The notes beneath the pieces are model-generated. The model was not told the origin of the DNA. It saw nothing but the letters and a program-made list of their open reading frames with translations, and searched no databases. From a virus (Duplodnaviria > Caudoviricetes): a stretch of DNA of 48,623 nucleotides. Of the stretch, positions 18,569-30,000 are shown one piece after another. The number at the start of each line of letters is the position of its first letter. Position 1 is the stretch's first letter. The position numbers were made by a program, and so were the translations under genes. The DNA lies in the IMG/VR virus record IMGVR_UViG_3300034171_000074, positions 1-48,623 of that record, one strand, 5' to 3'.

Positions 18569-19039
18569 ATGGCTGAAAACGGATCTTATTATCAACCCTT
18601 TGAAGTTAACAGTGGATTGCCTTCACTGGCTAATAGGAATCAAGTTCCAGGTACAGGGATGAGTTCTTATACAGCTTATCCATCTTTAGACGTAAGACAA
18701 AGCCTGGGTAAAGGTGGATCTGCACCAACAGCAGGAATGCCAGATCCTGCAATGGGTGGTTTAGATGTTAACGGTGGTGGTGGTATGCCATTTTGGGGTG
18801 GTGACAGTATGATTGGTAATATGGGACAAGGCATGAACCTTATAGGTAGCGGTGTATCTCTTGTAGGTATGCTTCAAAACATGAAAGATGCACGCAAAAA
18901 CAACGATATTAATCGCAAAAACATCGGTCAACAGATGTCTCAGTCAAAGGTAGCATTTGATCGCAGTGTTGCACGCCAAGATGGAACGTCTGAAGCTATT
19001 CGTCAAAGAAATGAGCGCGTAGCTCAAATGAATCAGTAA
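18569..19039 (+). CDS. Small ejection (internal virion) protein, N4 gp52 position
   Basis: 156 aa, Gly/Met-rich with a hydrophobic segment and C-terminal coiled coil; no Cys; synteny. Confidence 0.6.
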   Translation: MAENGSYYQPFEVNSGLPSLANRNQVPGTGMSSYTAYPSLDVRQSLGKGGSAPTAGMPDPAMGGLDVNGGGGMPFWGGDSMIGNMGQGMNLIGSGVSLVGMLQNMKDARKNNDINRKNIGQQMSQSKVAFDRSVARQDGTSEAIRQRNERVAQMNQ

Positions 19040-19051
19040 TAGGAAACACTC

Positions 19052-21007
19052 ATGGCTGCTTACGATCTTAATGTACAAAGACCAGCTTCATTATCGGTTC
19101 CAAATTCGCCTGGAGCTAACGACTTAGCCAGATTTTTGAGTGTGTCAGAATCTGCCAGGGCGAACCAAGAAAAAGAAAAACTTAGCCAAAATATGTTTGA
19201 CTGGGAAAAAGGTGCCGGAAAACGGGCGTTAACAGCAGCAGAGTCTGAACGTGAAAGAGTTCGTCAAGAAAATATGGCAATGGGTAAATACTCTACAGAT
19301 TCTGCAAGCGGCTACCTGTCAGATGCTAAGGAAGGGTTCCGTTTAGAAGCGGATACCCTAAAACAATTTGATACAGCGTACCCAAATGCCACCCCAGAGC
19401 AGCGGGACGGAATGCGTCAAAGAACTAGAGAAAAAATAACACAGACTCCTGGTGCTTTTGTTGACCAAAAAACGATGCGATTCGATCTTGAAAACCAATT
19501 TGTAAACGAGTATGGGTTGGATAGAACAAAAGCCGCATCAGAAGCTGAAAGGATTATGGCTGCCAACTTTACAGCACCTAAAGCACCTAATGAAAATGTC
19601 ATGAAAGCTTACCTTGATACAGCTCTTAATGGTGGTGTTGGGTCCATGATAGCTAAGTACAATCCTAATGGTGAAAATGGCCAAGGATCTTATGGAACAA
19701 AAGGGAGTAGCGGTTATAGGTCAGAAGCAGAATTTGTAAAAGAAGTTCAGACTGGGGTAGATTCACAATTTGAAGAAGGTTCAAGAGGTTTAAGTATTAA
19801 CTTCCCTGGTTCAAATCATGAAATTTACAAAGATGAACTTAGAGCTGCAGGGTTGTTGGCACAAACCCAACAAGGTATAAAACCTCAGTATTTTAATTCT
19901 GTTGTTTTAGGCATGTCACAAAATGGAAAACTGCCTAACGGACAAGATACAAAAGATTTAAAAAACTCTAAAAGTGAACTTTTTCAAACCATAACAACTA
20001 ACGCTAGGATTCTTCAAGATCAGGCTGAAGGTCGTGGTAGAAACGGACGAAATGGTGGCTTATCTTTATCTCAGTTGGGTGAAATTTCTCAAAATGACAT
20101 GAATATGAGATTTGAAACCATCGGTAAAGTAGGTGAACTATACAGACAACAGGGTGGAGTTCTTACTTCTGACGAACAGTATCAGTTAATGAACGATCCC
20201 GCATTGCTTGAAGAATTTGGATTACTTCTTCAAGAATCTGTACCGAAGCAACAAGGCGGAGGAAACCCATCACCCGCGGCTTCTGTACCTGCTCCTGTAC
20301 CGGTTCCGGAAGCTAGTGCTAATAACCCCGCTCCTGCTCCAGAAGTGACAGTAGATGACATTGAAGACCCTGATCCTATTGCCAATGCTTTGGGTGAAGG
20401 TGGAAATAGACCTGGACAGGGTACCTCTCCTGAAAGTGGTACAAAACAAACGGGAAATTCTCTTGAAGCACAGCTTGCTGGAATGGCAACAAGCAGTGAA
20501 TCAGAGTTGCTACAAAATCAAAAAATGGCTATTGAAGAACAGCTTTCAAACACTCCTTCAGGCAATGACAGTACTAAATTGTTTGCCGAATTGAATACTA
20601 TTGATGATAAACAAGATGATAACTATGTAAAAAGTACTAAAGAAAGTGTTTCATTAATGACAGCCGGATACTTAAAAAATGCGATACCAGATCAAGAGTA
20701 TAGAAGCAGGGCTCAATCAATAGTTAATAGAATTAAAAGTGGGTCAGCAAGTGATAATGAAGTATTAGAGCTAAGAACTATTTTTAAAAAATTCGGCAGA
20801 GCTGATAAAACATCACAACTTATGTTGCCCGGCAACACCCCAGCACCGTCCAGACAAGAGACCGGACCCACAGGTAACGGGCTTTCGCTAGCAGAAATGT
20901 CCTATGAGCCTAACCAGTCTGAAATTTACTCACAGGCTAATGGGTCCGAGCAGATAGAACTGAACAGAAGCATGTTGAAGAGTAATTTTCCAAATCAGTT
21001 TCTATAG
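19052..21007 (+). CDS. Internal virion/ejection protein, N4 gp51 position
   Basis: 651 aa, Cys-free, Pro/Ala-rich linker; lies between the gp52-like gene and the vRNAP locus. Confidence 0.6.
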   Translation: MAAYDLNVQRPASLSVPNSPGANDLARFLSVSESARANQEKEKLSQNMFDWEKGAGKRALTAAESERERVRQENMAMGKYSTDSASGYLSDAKEGFRLEADTLKQFDTAYPNATPEQRDGMRQRTREKITQTPGAFVDQKTMRFDLENQFVNEYGLDRTKAASEAERIMAANFTAPKAPNENVMKAYLDTALNGGVGSMIAKYNPNGENGQGSYGTKGSSGYRSEAEFVKEVQTGVDSQFEEGSRGLSINFPGSNHEIYKDELRAAGLLAQTQQGIKPQYFNSVVLGMSQNGKLPNGQDTKDLKNSKSELFQTITTNARILQDQAEGRGRNGRNGGLSLSQLGEISQNDMNMRFETIGKVGELYRQQGGVLTSDEQYQLMNDPALLEEFGLLLQESVPKQQGGGNPSPAASVPAPVPVPEASANNPAPAPEVTVDDIEDPDPIANALGEGGNRPGQGTSPESGTKQTGNSLEAQLAGMATSSESELLQNQKMAIEEQLSNTPSGNDSTKLFAELNTIDDKQDDNYVKSTKESVSLMTAGYLKNAIPDQEYRSRAQSIVNRIKSGSASDNEVLELRTIFKKFGRADKTSQLMLPGNTPAPSRQETGPTGNGLSLAEMSYEPNQSEIYSQANGSEQIELNRSMLKSNFPNQFL

Positions 21008-21064
21008 GAAATGAAAAACTCAATACCTAGTATTCCTAAACGGTAAAAAATAGGTAAAGGAAAA

Positions 21065-24028
21065 ATGGCGACGTTAGACGAGATAATGGCACAGAGGTCA
21101 TCAATGAGCTTGGCTGCTCCTGTTCTTGCTCCTGTACCTAAAACAAAGCTTCAAGAAAAGAAAGACAGGCTTTTTGGAGCACCAGAAGTACCTACTATTT
21201 CAGAAGATTCAGGTAACGGCCTTGAATCTTTGATGAATGGTGGCAATTCAAACAGAACACCAGGCTTGGGTGACCGATTTGAGTCTAGCCTTTATAAGTC
21301 TGGTGGCAGTCTTGCCGACATGGGTAAGAGCATTTCCAATTCTATGTTTGATACCCAGTTTGACGATTCAGTAGAAACAGGCTGGAGCCGCCAATCTGAC
21401 CCTGAGAACCGTCAAGCATCGGCAGCTGATGAAATGGCAGGGGTAAGTTTTGATCAGCGTCAGGCTGTTAACCAGGATCTGCAAGGTGTTATGAACACCT
21501 ATGTAGAAGACGGTTTACTTCCAGCGTTTGGTAAAGCTATACCTGAAGCATTTGGTGTTATAGCGGATTCAGGCTCATCTCTTGTAGAAATGGCTGCAGG
21601 TGCACTTGCGGCTCCTATTGGTGGTGCTGGTGTAGCACTGTTGGCCAAAAAAGCCAAAAACACTTTTGACCTTATTGGTAAAATTGATGATTCTTACGAC
21701 AAGGCAAAAGAATCCATCAAAGCGGTAAAATTTGCAAAAGATTTGGCAGGTACCGTAGCAAAAAAATCTACACAGGCCAGTGTTTTAACAGCCGACCTGG
21801 TTCAACAAACCAAAGTTGAGTACGAGCAAGAAACCGGCGAAAAGATGAGCCCTCAAAGGCTTGCCGGAACAACTGTGGCTATTTTGGCCACGTCTGCTAT
21901 GCAGATTCAAAGTGTTAAAATGCTCTATTTGCCAGGATCAAAAAGTTTTGTTGGTAATACTGTAAAACAAAAATTCACCAACGAAATGAAACAGATGTCC
22001 AAGTACCTGGATCAAGGTGCTGTTAAATCTATCGCTAAAAGAATTGGTGGTGGTTTAGGAGCAGTATTTGTAGCAGGTGGTGCAGAAGCTGTTCAGGAGT
22101 ACTCTCAAACCTGGGCTCAGATTCTAAGTGTGCACATGGACCCAGAAGAAGCTGGTGGGCTTTTTGCTTCAGCGTATAAAGAGCTTAATGACCAAGACAA
22201 TCAGAATGAGGCTGACGTAGCCGCTATTCTCGGCGCAGTAGCTGGTGGTGGTATCAAATCTACTCTATCAGCGCCTGGATTAGCGGTTGGTGCAGTAGCT
22301 GACGTAGCTGTAGCAACGGGTGACAAGATCGTTAAAAGCTCTTACAACGCTGCCCGTGACAGGCTAAACCCTGCAGACCAGGAAGCTGACATTGAAGAGC
22401 GTAAAAACCTACGTGCAGCAGCTCAAGAGATTCAAACAGAATCTGCAAGAAAAGTATCTGTAGTAGCTGACTCAGGAAATTTTCAAAACGTTACTGACGA
22501 AGCTGTTAAAGCTGAAATGGTTAGAGTAGCTGCAGGTAGAGATTTGTCAGATCCGAAAGTATTTGAGTCTGTGTCTAACAAACTTGTACGTTCTTATAAA
22601 AAAGACAGTGTTAACGCCCTTACTGAAGAAAAGCTTCAAAACGGTTTTATAGCAGGAAGGAAAGTTGTAAAGCGTGTAGGTGATGACTTTGCAAAAATCC
22701 TGGATCTTGCTCCAGAAGAAATTGAGGCTGTAAAAAATTACGTAGTCAGCAAAGTAGAATCTACCAAAGAGTTTGGTCAAGCCTTTGCAGATGACATTAA
22801 GAATTTTAAGTCTTCTGCAACGTTAGGCGTAGCCGAAGCAGCTGTAGATTTCATATCGGAATCCGTAGAGGAAAACACCAAAAAAGGTGTTAAGTACGCA
22901 AACAGCAAAGAGTCTGTGCAGAAACTTAAAGGTCGTTTGGAATCACTCAACTCGGTCAGTGCAGCCAGGTCTCTGGCAACATCGTTAGAAACTAACTCTC
23001 CTGACAACAGCAAAAATGCTGTCAGAGAAATTAGAAGCTGGGCTGATCAGAAAGAAAAAGATCAAAAGCGGGTAAACCTCAAAAACGATTCTGCCCTAAC
23101 TTACGATAATCTTGGTGACAGCGTAAAAGAAGCCAGCCAAGCAGGGGCTACTGTAACCAACCCAAGAGCCTTGAGCATAGAACTGTCCAATGCCAGAAAA
23201 GGCAGCATAGAGGACATGGAAACTCTGCAGTCCCTGGAAAACGCTCTTGAAAACTACAAGAAAACGGATTTTAGTAAAACGGGTGAAGCTACCCTGAGTG
23301 AAACTGCCGTTAAAAACATCGCCAGAAAGCTTTCCAAGGCACGGACAGAGCTTGAATCCAGACCCGATGCGTCTGTAACAAGTAAGGTAAAAGCCGCTGC
23401 TAGTACAGTTACAGGAGCCGCTAGCAAGGCAACTGCCTGGGCTAAGCCAGCTACTGACAAACTGAAAAGTATGGGCATTACCACAGTAGATAAGCTGATT
23501 GATCGTGTCACCAACGAAGACGTTTTTGTATCAGAAGACACTGATGTACAAAGAGCTGCAATATCAGGAATTAATAAAGTTATAAAAAATATTCTTGAAA
23601 GCGAAGAAGGTAAAAGTGGCGATAACGTAGATCAAGAAGCTTTGCTCCAATCAAAAACAGCCATAATAGTTGGAGAAGATGGAGTTTTTGCAAAAAAGAC
23701 TATAAAAGGACTTTCAAAGGTTTTCAAAACAAGTAACCCAGATTACTTGATAGCTGTCATGGAAAGAATATTCCCAGCTGTAAGAGAACCTTCTTTAGAA
23801 AAGATTCTACGTGACCGTATGTCAGAAGTGCTTAAAGATTCTGCTGAGCCTAACACTGAGCCAACACGGCAAAGAAAGAAGAGTGCTAACGAATCCGACA
23901 CCAACAATCAAGATGATTCTGATGTTGTTATAGAAGAAGACGGTGCTGTTTTTAGATCTGCTCCTAACATGTCTAAAGTTAATGCTAAGATGGTAGAAAT
24001 TCTGGGCAACCACATTTGTAAGGTCTAA
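21065..24028 (+). CDS. Internal virion protein equivalent to the N-terminal (injection/membrane) domain of N4 vRNAP
   Basis: 987 aa (N4 vRNAP N-domain is ~997 aa); Gly/Ala-rich hydrophobic segments and GAEAVQE motif; directly precedes the polymerase gene; single Cys at position 985. Confidence 0.7.
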   Translation: MATLDEIMAQRSSMSLAAPVLAPVPKTKLQEKKDRLFGAPEVPTISEDSGNGLESLMNGGNSNRTPGLGDRFESSLYKSGGSLADMGKSISNSMFDTQFDDSVETGWSRQSDPENRQASAADEMAGVSFDQRQAVNQDLQGVMNTYVEDGLLPAFGKAIPEAFGVIADSGSSLVEMAAGALAAPIGGAGVALLAKKAKNTFDLIGKIDDSYDKAKESIKAVKFAKDLAGTVAKKSTQASVLTADLVQQTKVEYEQETGEKMSPQRLAGTTVAILATSAMQIQSVKMLYLPGSKSFVGNTVKQKFTNEMKQMSKYLDQGAVKSIAKRIGGGLGAVFVAGGAEAVQEYSQTWAQILSVHMDPEEAGGLFASAYKELNDQDNQNEADVAAILGAVAGGGIKSTLSAPGLAVGAVADVAVATGDKIVKSSYNAARDRLNPADQEADIEERKNLRAAAQEIQTESARKVSVVADSGNFQNVTDEAVKAEMVRVAAGRDLSDPKVFESVSNKLVRSYKKDSVNALTEEKLQNGFIAGRKVVKRVGDDFAKILDLAPEEIEAVKNYVVSKVESTKEFGQAFADDIKNFKSSATLGVAEAAVDFISESVEENTKKGVKYANSKESVQKLKGRLESLNSVSAARSLATSLETNSPDNSKNAVREIRSWADQKEKDQKRVNLKNDSALTYDNLGDSVKEASQAGATVTNPRALSIELSNARKGSIEDMETLQSLENALENYKKTDFSKTGEATLSETAVKNIARKLSKARTELESRPDASVTSKVKAAASTVTGAASKATAWAKPATDKLKSMGITTVDKLIDRVTNEDVFVSEDTDVQRAAISGINKVIKNILESEEGKSGDNVDQEALLQSKTAIIVGEDGVFAKKTIKGLSKVFKTSNPDYLIAVMERIFPAVREPSLEKILRDRMSEVLKDSAEPNTEPTRQRKKSANESDTNNQDDSDVVIEEDGAVFRSAPNMSKVNAKMVEILGNHICKV

Positions 24029-24030
24029 AA

Positions 24031-27000
24031 ATGGCAAATTGCATAAGCATTGAAGATTATCTTGATACGTTGAGAGAGATTGCCCAAGAGGTAGAAATAA
24101 ACCAACTTGGTGACCAAGATACTCGTGTAAACGTTTGGAACATCTCTGATACTGACGTAGCTAATATGTTAGAAAACTACCGAGTGCCTCAGTCAGTAAG
24201 TTCCCAATCTGATCGTTTAACCAGAAAATTGGAAGGCGCATTAGCCGGTATTTCACCAACTCACAAGCAAAAAGTAAAAACTCTTGTTGATAGGCTTAAA
24301 AGTAAAAGTTCTTTGGGAGAAAGCAGCGATAAATCTGCACGCTCTCAAATGGTCGCTTTGAAAGAAATTATTTCTTCTATTGCAGGTGAAGTAAATAAAG
24401 CAAGCAACATGAGAGTGCCGCTTACTGTAATAAGTCCTGGCAGTGTGCCTAACATTCCTATGGCAAGATTGGCTGCTATGATCGGTCGTAAAGTCCTGTA
24501 CCAAAATGGGTACAGGTCTACCGGCTTGGGTGAAGAAAACAGCGCAGCTAAAGCTGAGCACATGTATTACCTGGTGGGCGAAAGGATTCTTGAATCTTTA
24601 CAAGATGGTGGTTTTGTAAAAATTAACGAAGCTAACAGCGGTCAATCTACGCTTATTGATTACATTGATGGTGATAAAAAAAGAATGCCTCGTGGTCCTG
24701 ATGCCCACACCACTAATATGAAGTCTGTAACGTTAATTCCAAAATCTCTTGACCTTTCTACAAAAGAAGGCAGTGCTGATTTAGATACGATTCTAGGCAA
24801 AACATCCGAACAATCTGATAGCGTATTTGGATCTTACCTAAAAATGATTGATGCAGTGTCTTATGTCACTGTTCCGGAAACAATCATTTTTCCAAAAACC
24901 GGATTCATGAGTTACGACCCTGACACATTCACTAAAAAAAGTTCGTACAAGGGCAATAAAGAATTATTGAAATCGGTTAGAGAAATAGAAAGCAAACCGC
25001 TGTACATGAACAGTGACGTACATAGCTTGTTTGCCAACATTGCAAAAGAAACAGAGAATATTAGTAAAAGTGCCTCATCTTGGATAAACAATAATTTAGA
25101 CGCTCTGTCACTAAGCAAGCTGTTTAACATGGAACAGAGTAATGATATTGAGTCAGATAAAGCCAGTAATATGGGCAGAAATCTTTCTAAGTCTACGCCT
25201 ATAGATGACGTAGTTGAGTACTTTTCAAAGTTTAAAGATAACCCTGCACTGTTCTTCAAAATGTTCCTGGGACGCAATGCCAGGGCTTACATGGAGAACT
25301 CAGTACTTAACCCGCAGACTTCCAAAAGCATGAGATTTGCTATGGAAGTTGAACCCTATGCTATGGAAGTTGGATCAGACGTTTATAAGTACTACGTAGA
25401 TAAGGTAGCCAGATCTACTCTGCCTAAAGGCAAAGACGGTACCGTACCTGCTCAAACACTGCTTAAAGAAGACATGAGCAGTGAGCCTATGGGTGCTGAA
25501 ATTCAAAAAGCTTTGAACGCTTACAACAAATACAGTGAAGCAAGAAGTGCTAACAGTCAGCTAACCGCTTTGAGGGCAATGAGCAATTCCGGTCTAAAAT
25601 TTGAAAACTTTTCTGATCTTTTATCTTCTGTAAAAGCGATTAAAGGCATTCGTGAAAGTCTTGATTCCAAGCGGATAACGTCTACCTACATGGTATCCAG
25701 TGACGCTACCGGTTCGGGTGGTTTGTTAACACTGTTGCAAGCTATTGGTTCTACACAGGAAGAAGACATTACCAAAGTCTTGAAAAGTTTGGGTGTGTTT
25801 AAAAGTAACGAAGAACAGGATCTCGCAGAAGTTAAAGACATATACGGCATTCTTACAAACGCTTTACAGCCGTTTTTAGATGAAGAACCGGATAGTGATG
25901 GTATCTACGAGCTTTCATTAGATCGGAAGCTTAATGAAGAAACCGTTAGGTCTGTTTTAACATCGGTCAAAGACGATCTATTTGACGGGGATTTTCGAGA
26001 ACTCTCCAAGTCACCAACGATGACATTCATCTACGACCAGTCTGAAGATGGGGCCGTAGAATCTATGGCAGAAACTTTTACTGAAAAACTTTTAGGTAAG
26101 CTCAGAAACAACAATGCTGTTAGTCCGGAGCTAATTAAACTTCTTAATGATCTTTTACCTACAAAGGTAACTACTCAAAAAGATGTCAATGATTTGAAAA
26201 AAACCGATAAAAAGTTAAAAGCGTCACTGGAACAAGGATTTATAAATTCCGGAGTTGGTAATTTTTTGTACGATGCTTTGGGTACGACTGTTAGAAGAAA
26301 GTATTTGGACAACCACAAATCTATGGCTAAAAGGGTATTTAACCTTATTAGCCAAAACGTAGGTGATCCACAGTTCAAAGTGATGCCTGCAGCCTGGGTA
26401 GTTGAACGGGCTGAGTCAGGTGGAAGCATTGAACCTACACTAGCAGAGTTGAGGGAATACGGCGTACCGTTGACCAAACTTTATGATGTTGCTCGTGAGG
26501 TTGACGGTGGTGACGTTGTTTTGACCCGTGAAGACCGTCTTGCAGAAACTGTAATGAACACTTCGATGATCCACACAGCCGATACTGCAGCTATGTTTGG
26601 AAGCCTTAAGGGGCTACCTACGAAGCACAATACCGGAGTCATAACGGTACACGATGCGTACTTCTCCAACGCCCATTTGGTCATGGAGAACGACTCAAAA
26701 TACATAGCAGAGACTCTGAAAGTTGCTCAGCATTTTGATATCCAAGAGCAGGTTATGTTAGCTATTAAAGCTTTTTCAGGTAAAAAAACTGACGAAGATA
26801 AGTCTTTTGATGGTATACTTGAGTTTACCAGAAAGCGTAAAGCTACCAAACAACAGGCTCTAAAGGACAACTTTGATGCAGAAACGAATAGTGTTATTGG
26901 CGACGGAAATGGCTATCGAAATCTTGAAGTCTCAGGTGTCAAAGCAAAAGAGGCAACACCCAGAACTACAAAGCAAAAAATCGAAGGAACGCAAAGCACG

Positions 27001-30000
27001 AATAGCAGCCCGAAAGTTAGTCCAAAAAGACAGGTAAGTAACCGTGATGCTGCTACGCAGAGAGCTTTGGAAAAGCTTTCTGCTAAGTCACCTATCATTG
27101 CGGGATTCCTGAAAAGCACTAACAAGTCGGCAGTAGTTAAAGGCACAGTAGATTCTTTCCAGTCAGATACCGACACAATCACCATTTCTGACACTGCAAC
27201 CATAGCTGACATTGAACACGAAATTGTTCACAGCTACACCGTTGGCATGATCGAAAAAACGTTTGAAGCGGATAAAAATTCTGAGTTTGTTGAACAGGTT
27301 GAACTGATAACAGGCAAAGGTAGCTTCAATCAAAATCTTCGTGACATGAAGTACATCCAGAAAGCGTTAGCTAAAATTGATGCAAGCAAGCTTTCCGGAG
27401 AAACCAAAAACCGGATTGTTTACGCCAAAAACCAGGCTAATGAAAAAACAGCTTTGGGTGAGTTTGTCTCCATAATGAGCACTGAACCTTCAGTAGCTAA
27501 AGAGGTTTATAAGCAATTTGGATCTGGCAACACCTTAAAAGGAATTATTGGCCGAGTTGTTAAGAGCATCCAAAGGATTTTAAAAAGTCCTACAGCTGCG
27601 GATCTAAGCATGGACACAGTAGATGCTGAGATTCTGTACAGTTCTATAAACGGTCTCATCGAAGGTGGTAAGTCGATGAGGGAAAATTCTTACGAGCAAA
27701 ATTTGCAACTACAAAAGGAATTTGGTGAAGACCTATATTCTGGGTCTCGGGCAGGTGACTACGTAAAAAAGTCTCGTGATTACTTCGAGCTTTTAAACAG
27801 TTCAATGGCCAGGTCTATAAATGATCCAGCGGTACGAAAAATAGGATCTTGGACAGCATCTCTGGATGGGATTGTGCGTGACAAGTTTCCTGTCTACAGT
27901 CAGGCAGCTGACTACATGAAAGGCATCTACGATGGATCTGAGGCGCTTCAGAGCTTGGTGCACAAAATCACCAACAGCAACATCAACAACGAAACCAAAA
28001 ACGAAGTTCTGTCTACGTTTTCGAGGTTGAGGGCTGAGCGTAACGACCTGGTAAGCAGAGAGCTTCGTAAGTTTAAAAAACTTACTTTTAACATGACCGA
28101 AGGCCAACTCAGAAGCTATCGTGATTTCACTCAAAAAATGGCCATACAGGATTACTTTCTGCTTGCTGAGACCGTTACCGATATCGATGCCAAAGTAGAT
28201 GAGCTAAAAGCATCTTTAAAGTCAGACGCAACTAACAAGTTAGATACCATTGTAAAAATGAACGTTGATGGTGAGATTACCAGCAAGACTTACTACAACG
28301 TCAAACAGATCATGGGTTCAGCAGGTGATAACCAAAACAACGCCAGGGCTTACGTAGCTTTGCGATCAATTCAGGAATTGGGACAAGATCGGTTCACTGA
28401 ATTTTTGGGCAACACTGAGCTTTTGACGCTTATCAAAGACACTGTATTGGCTAACGAGTCTCTGACTTTTGAAGGTGGAATTAATACTTCCAAACTTCGA
28501 GACAACGGCCTGGCTGAAAATTTTGAAACTCCCATCGTGAAACGGGCAGTTCATCCTAATGATATGCGGTTTATGGCCAAGTACGAAAAGGATGGCTGGA
28601 AGCGTTTAAAAACCTCAGGTGATGAAAACCAGCCAGTCATATTGTACAAGTCTGAAATTGATCAGACGTATCAAGAAGGTGTGTTTACAGACATTCGTAC
28701 ACAGACTGCAGACATACCTGTTACAGAGGCTTTCAAGTCGTTTAACAACGTGGTTAAGACAGCTGATGGAAGCTACGTCATGGTCCTGAGTGAAGACCAG
28801 AGACATAAGCTAGGGGCCAGTAAGGACCCAAGCCAGAGCCTGGTCAGAACAATGGCACATAATATGACCATGAAAGAGTCAGAAATTATCAGGAATAAGT
28901 TACTGGAGAAAGAGACCTATTGGGATTTGAAATCTAAGGATACCGACAGCTTGAAAAGGTTGGTTAAAGATCCCAGTCGAGATAACCCTTGGTTCTTGGG
29001 ATCAACTAACGATTTTGATATGTCTAAGCACCCAGAGTTGCTGAAGCACTACACACCCGTTACAAAAAGTCTTTCTGACCACAATCGGTTTGATGAAAAA
29101 ATTCAGTACGTCAGAAAAGACATTGGCTACTGGTTGATCGGTGCCTCAGAACGGTCTGTGGTACGTGATCCTAAACTACAGTGGGCGTTGAGAATTACCA
29201 AAAACATCGTATCCGGAATGAAGATAGGCTTGATTGCGCTGAACCCTGTCAAGATTCTTAACGACAACGTATCGAACATCACGTACCTGGGCATCAGAGG
29301 CGTAGATCCGGTGTTCCTGCAAAGGCAGTACCGAAAAATCAGCACTGAGTTTAACGAGTACCACGGTATCCGTAACAGGTACATGGATCTGAAAGTACGA
29401 AGCTATTCAAATCCTGGTGACTATAAAGATCAGATGGATAAAATTCAGAAAGAACTTAAAAACCATCCCGCAAACGGGTTTATCGAAAGAGGGTTTTTAA
29501 ATTCACTCGGATCAGAATTGATCATGAACACAGACGATCCCTCATCGGGATTCAAAAGCGATCTTGATGCTATTCTAAAAAAGGTATTTCAAGACAATGA
29601 AGGTAAAAACAACTCAGTTGGAAGACTTCTCATTAAGAGTGCTAAGTGGAACGTAGGTTTAGAAGAACTTCTTGAAACTGTTAGTCCTGTGTTTGGACAG
29701 GTAGGGTCTACAAAAGAAGTTGAAAAATCGATCAATGAAATAGCGGATCGTTGGAAAGACATTAAAACCAAGGAAGACGCAGTAGCGTACATGCACCAGT
29801 ACCTAAACAGTCCGGACAGTGAGTTTGTTAAGCTGGGCAGTCACATGACGGATCTCAGTGACGTGATGGCTAAAGAAACGCTGTACCGTCATCTGATGGG
29901 CAATGGCATGAGCGCTAAAAAAGCAGAGTTGGAGGTTATTGATTCTTTTCCTGACTACAAAGAGGCAATGCCGGTTAAAGTTCGTCAGTTAAGCGATGTG

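Noticed and set aside
24010-24035. Programmed frameshift or readthrough joining the two vRNAP ORFs
   Set aside because: The downstream frame has a TAA at 24019-24021, there is no slippery heptamer before the upstream stop, and a good TAAGGT SD precedes the second ATG.
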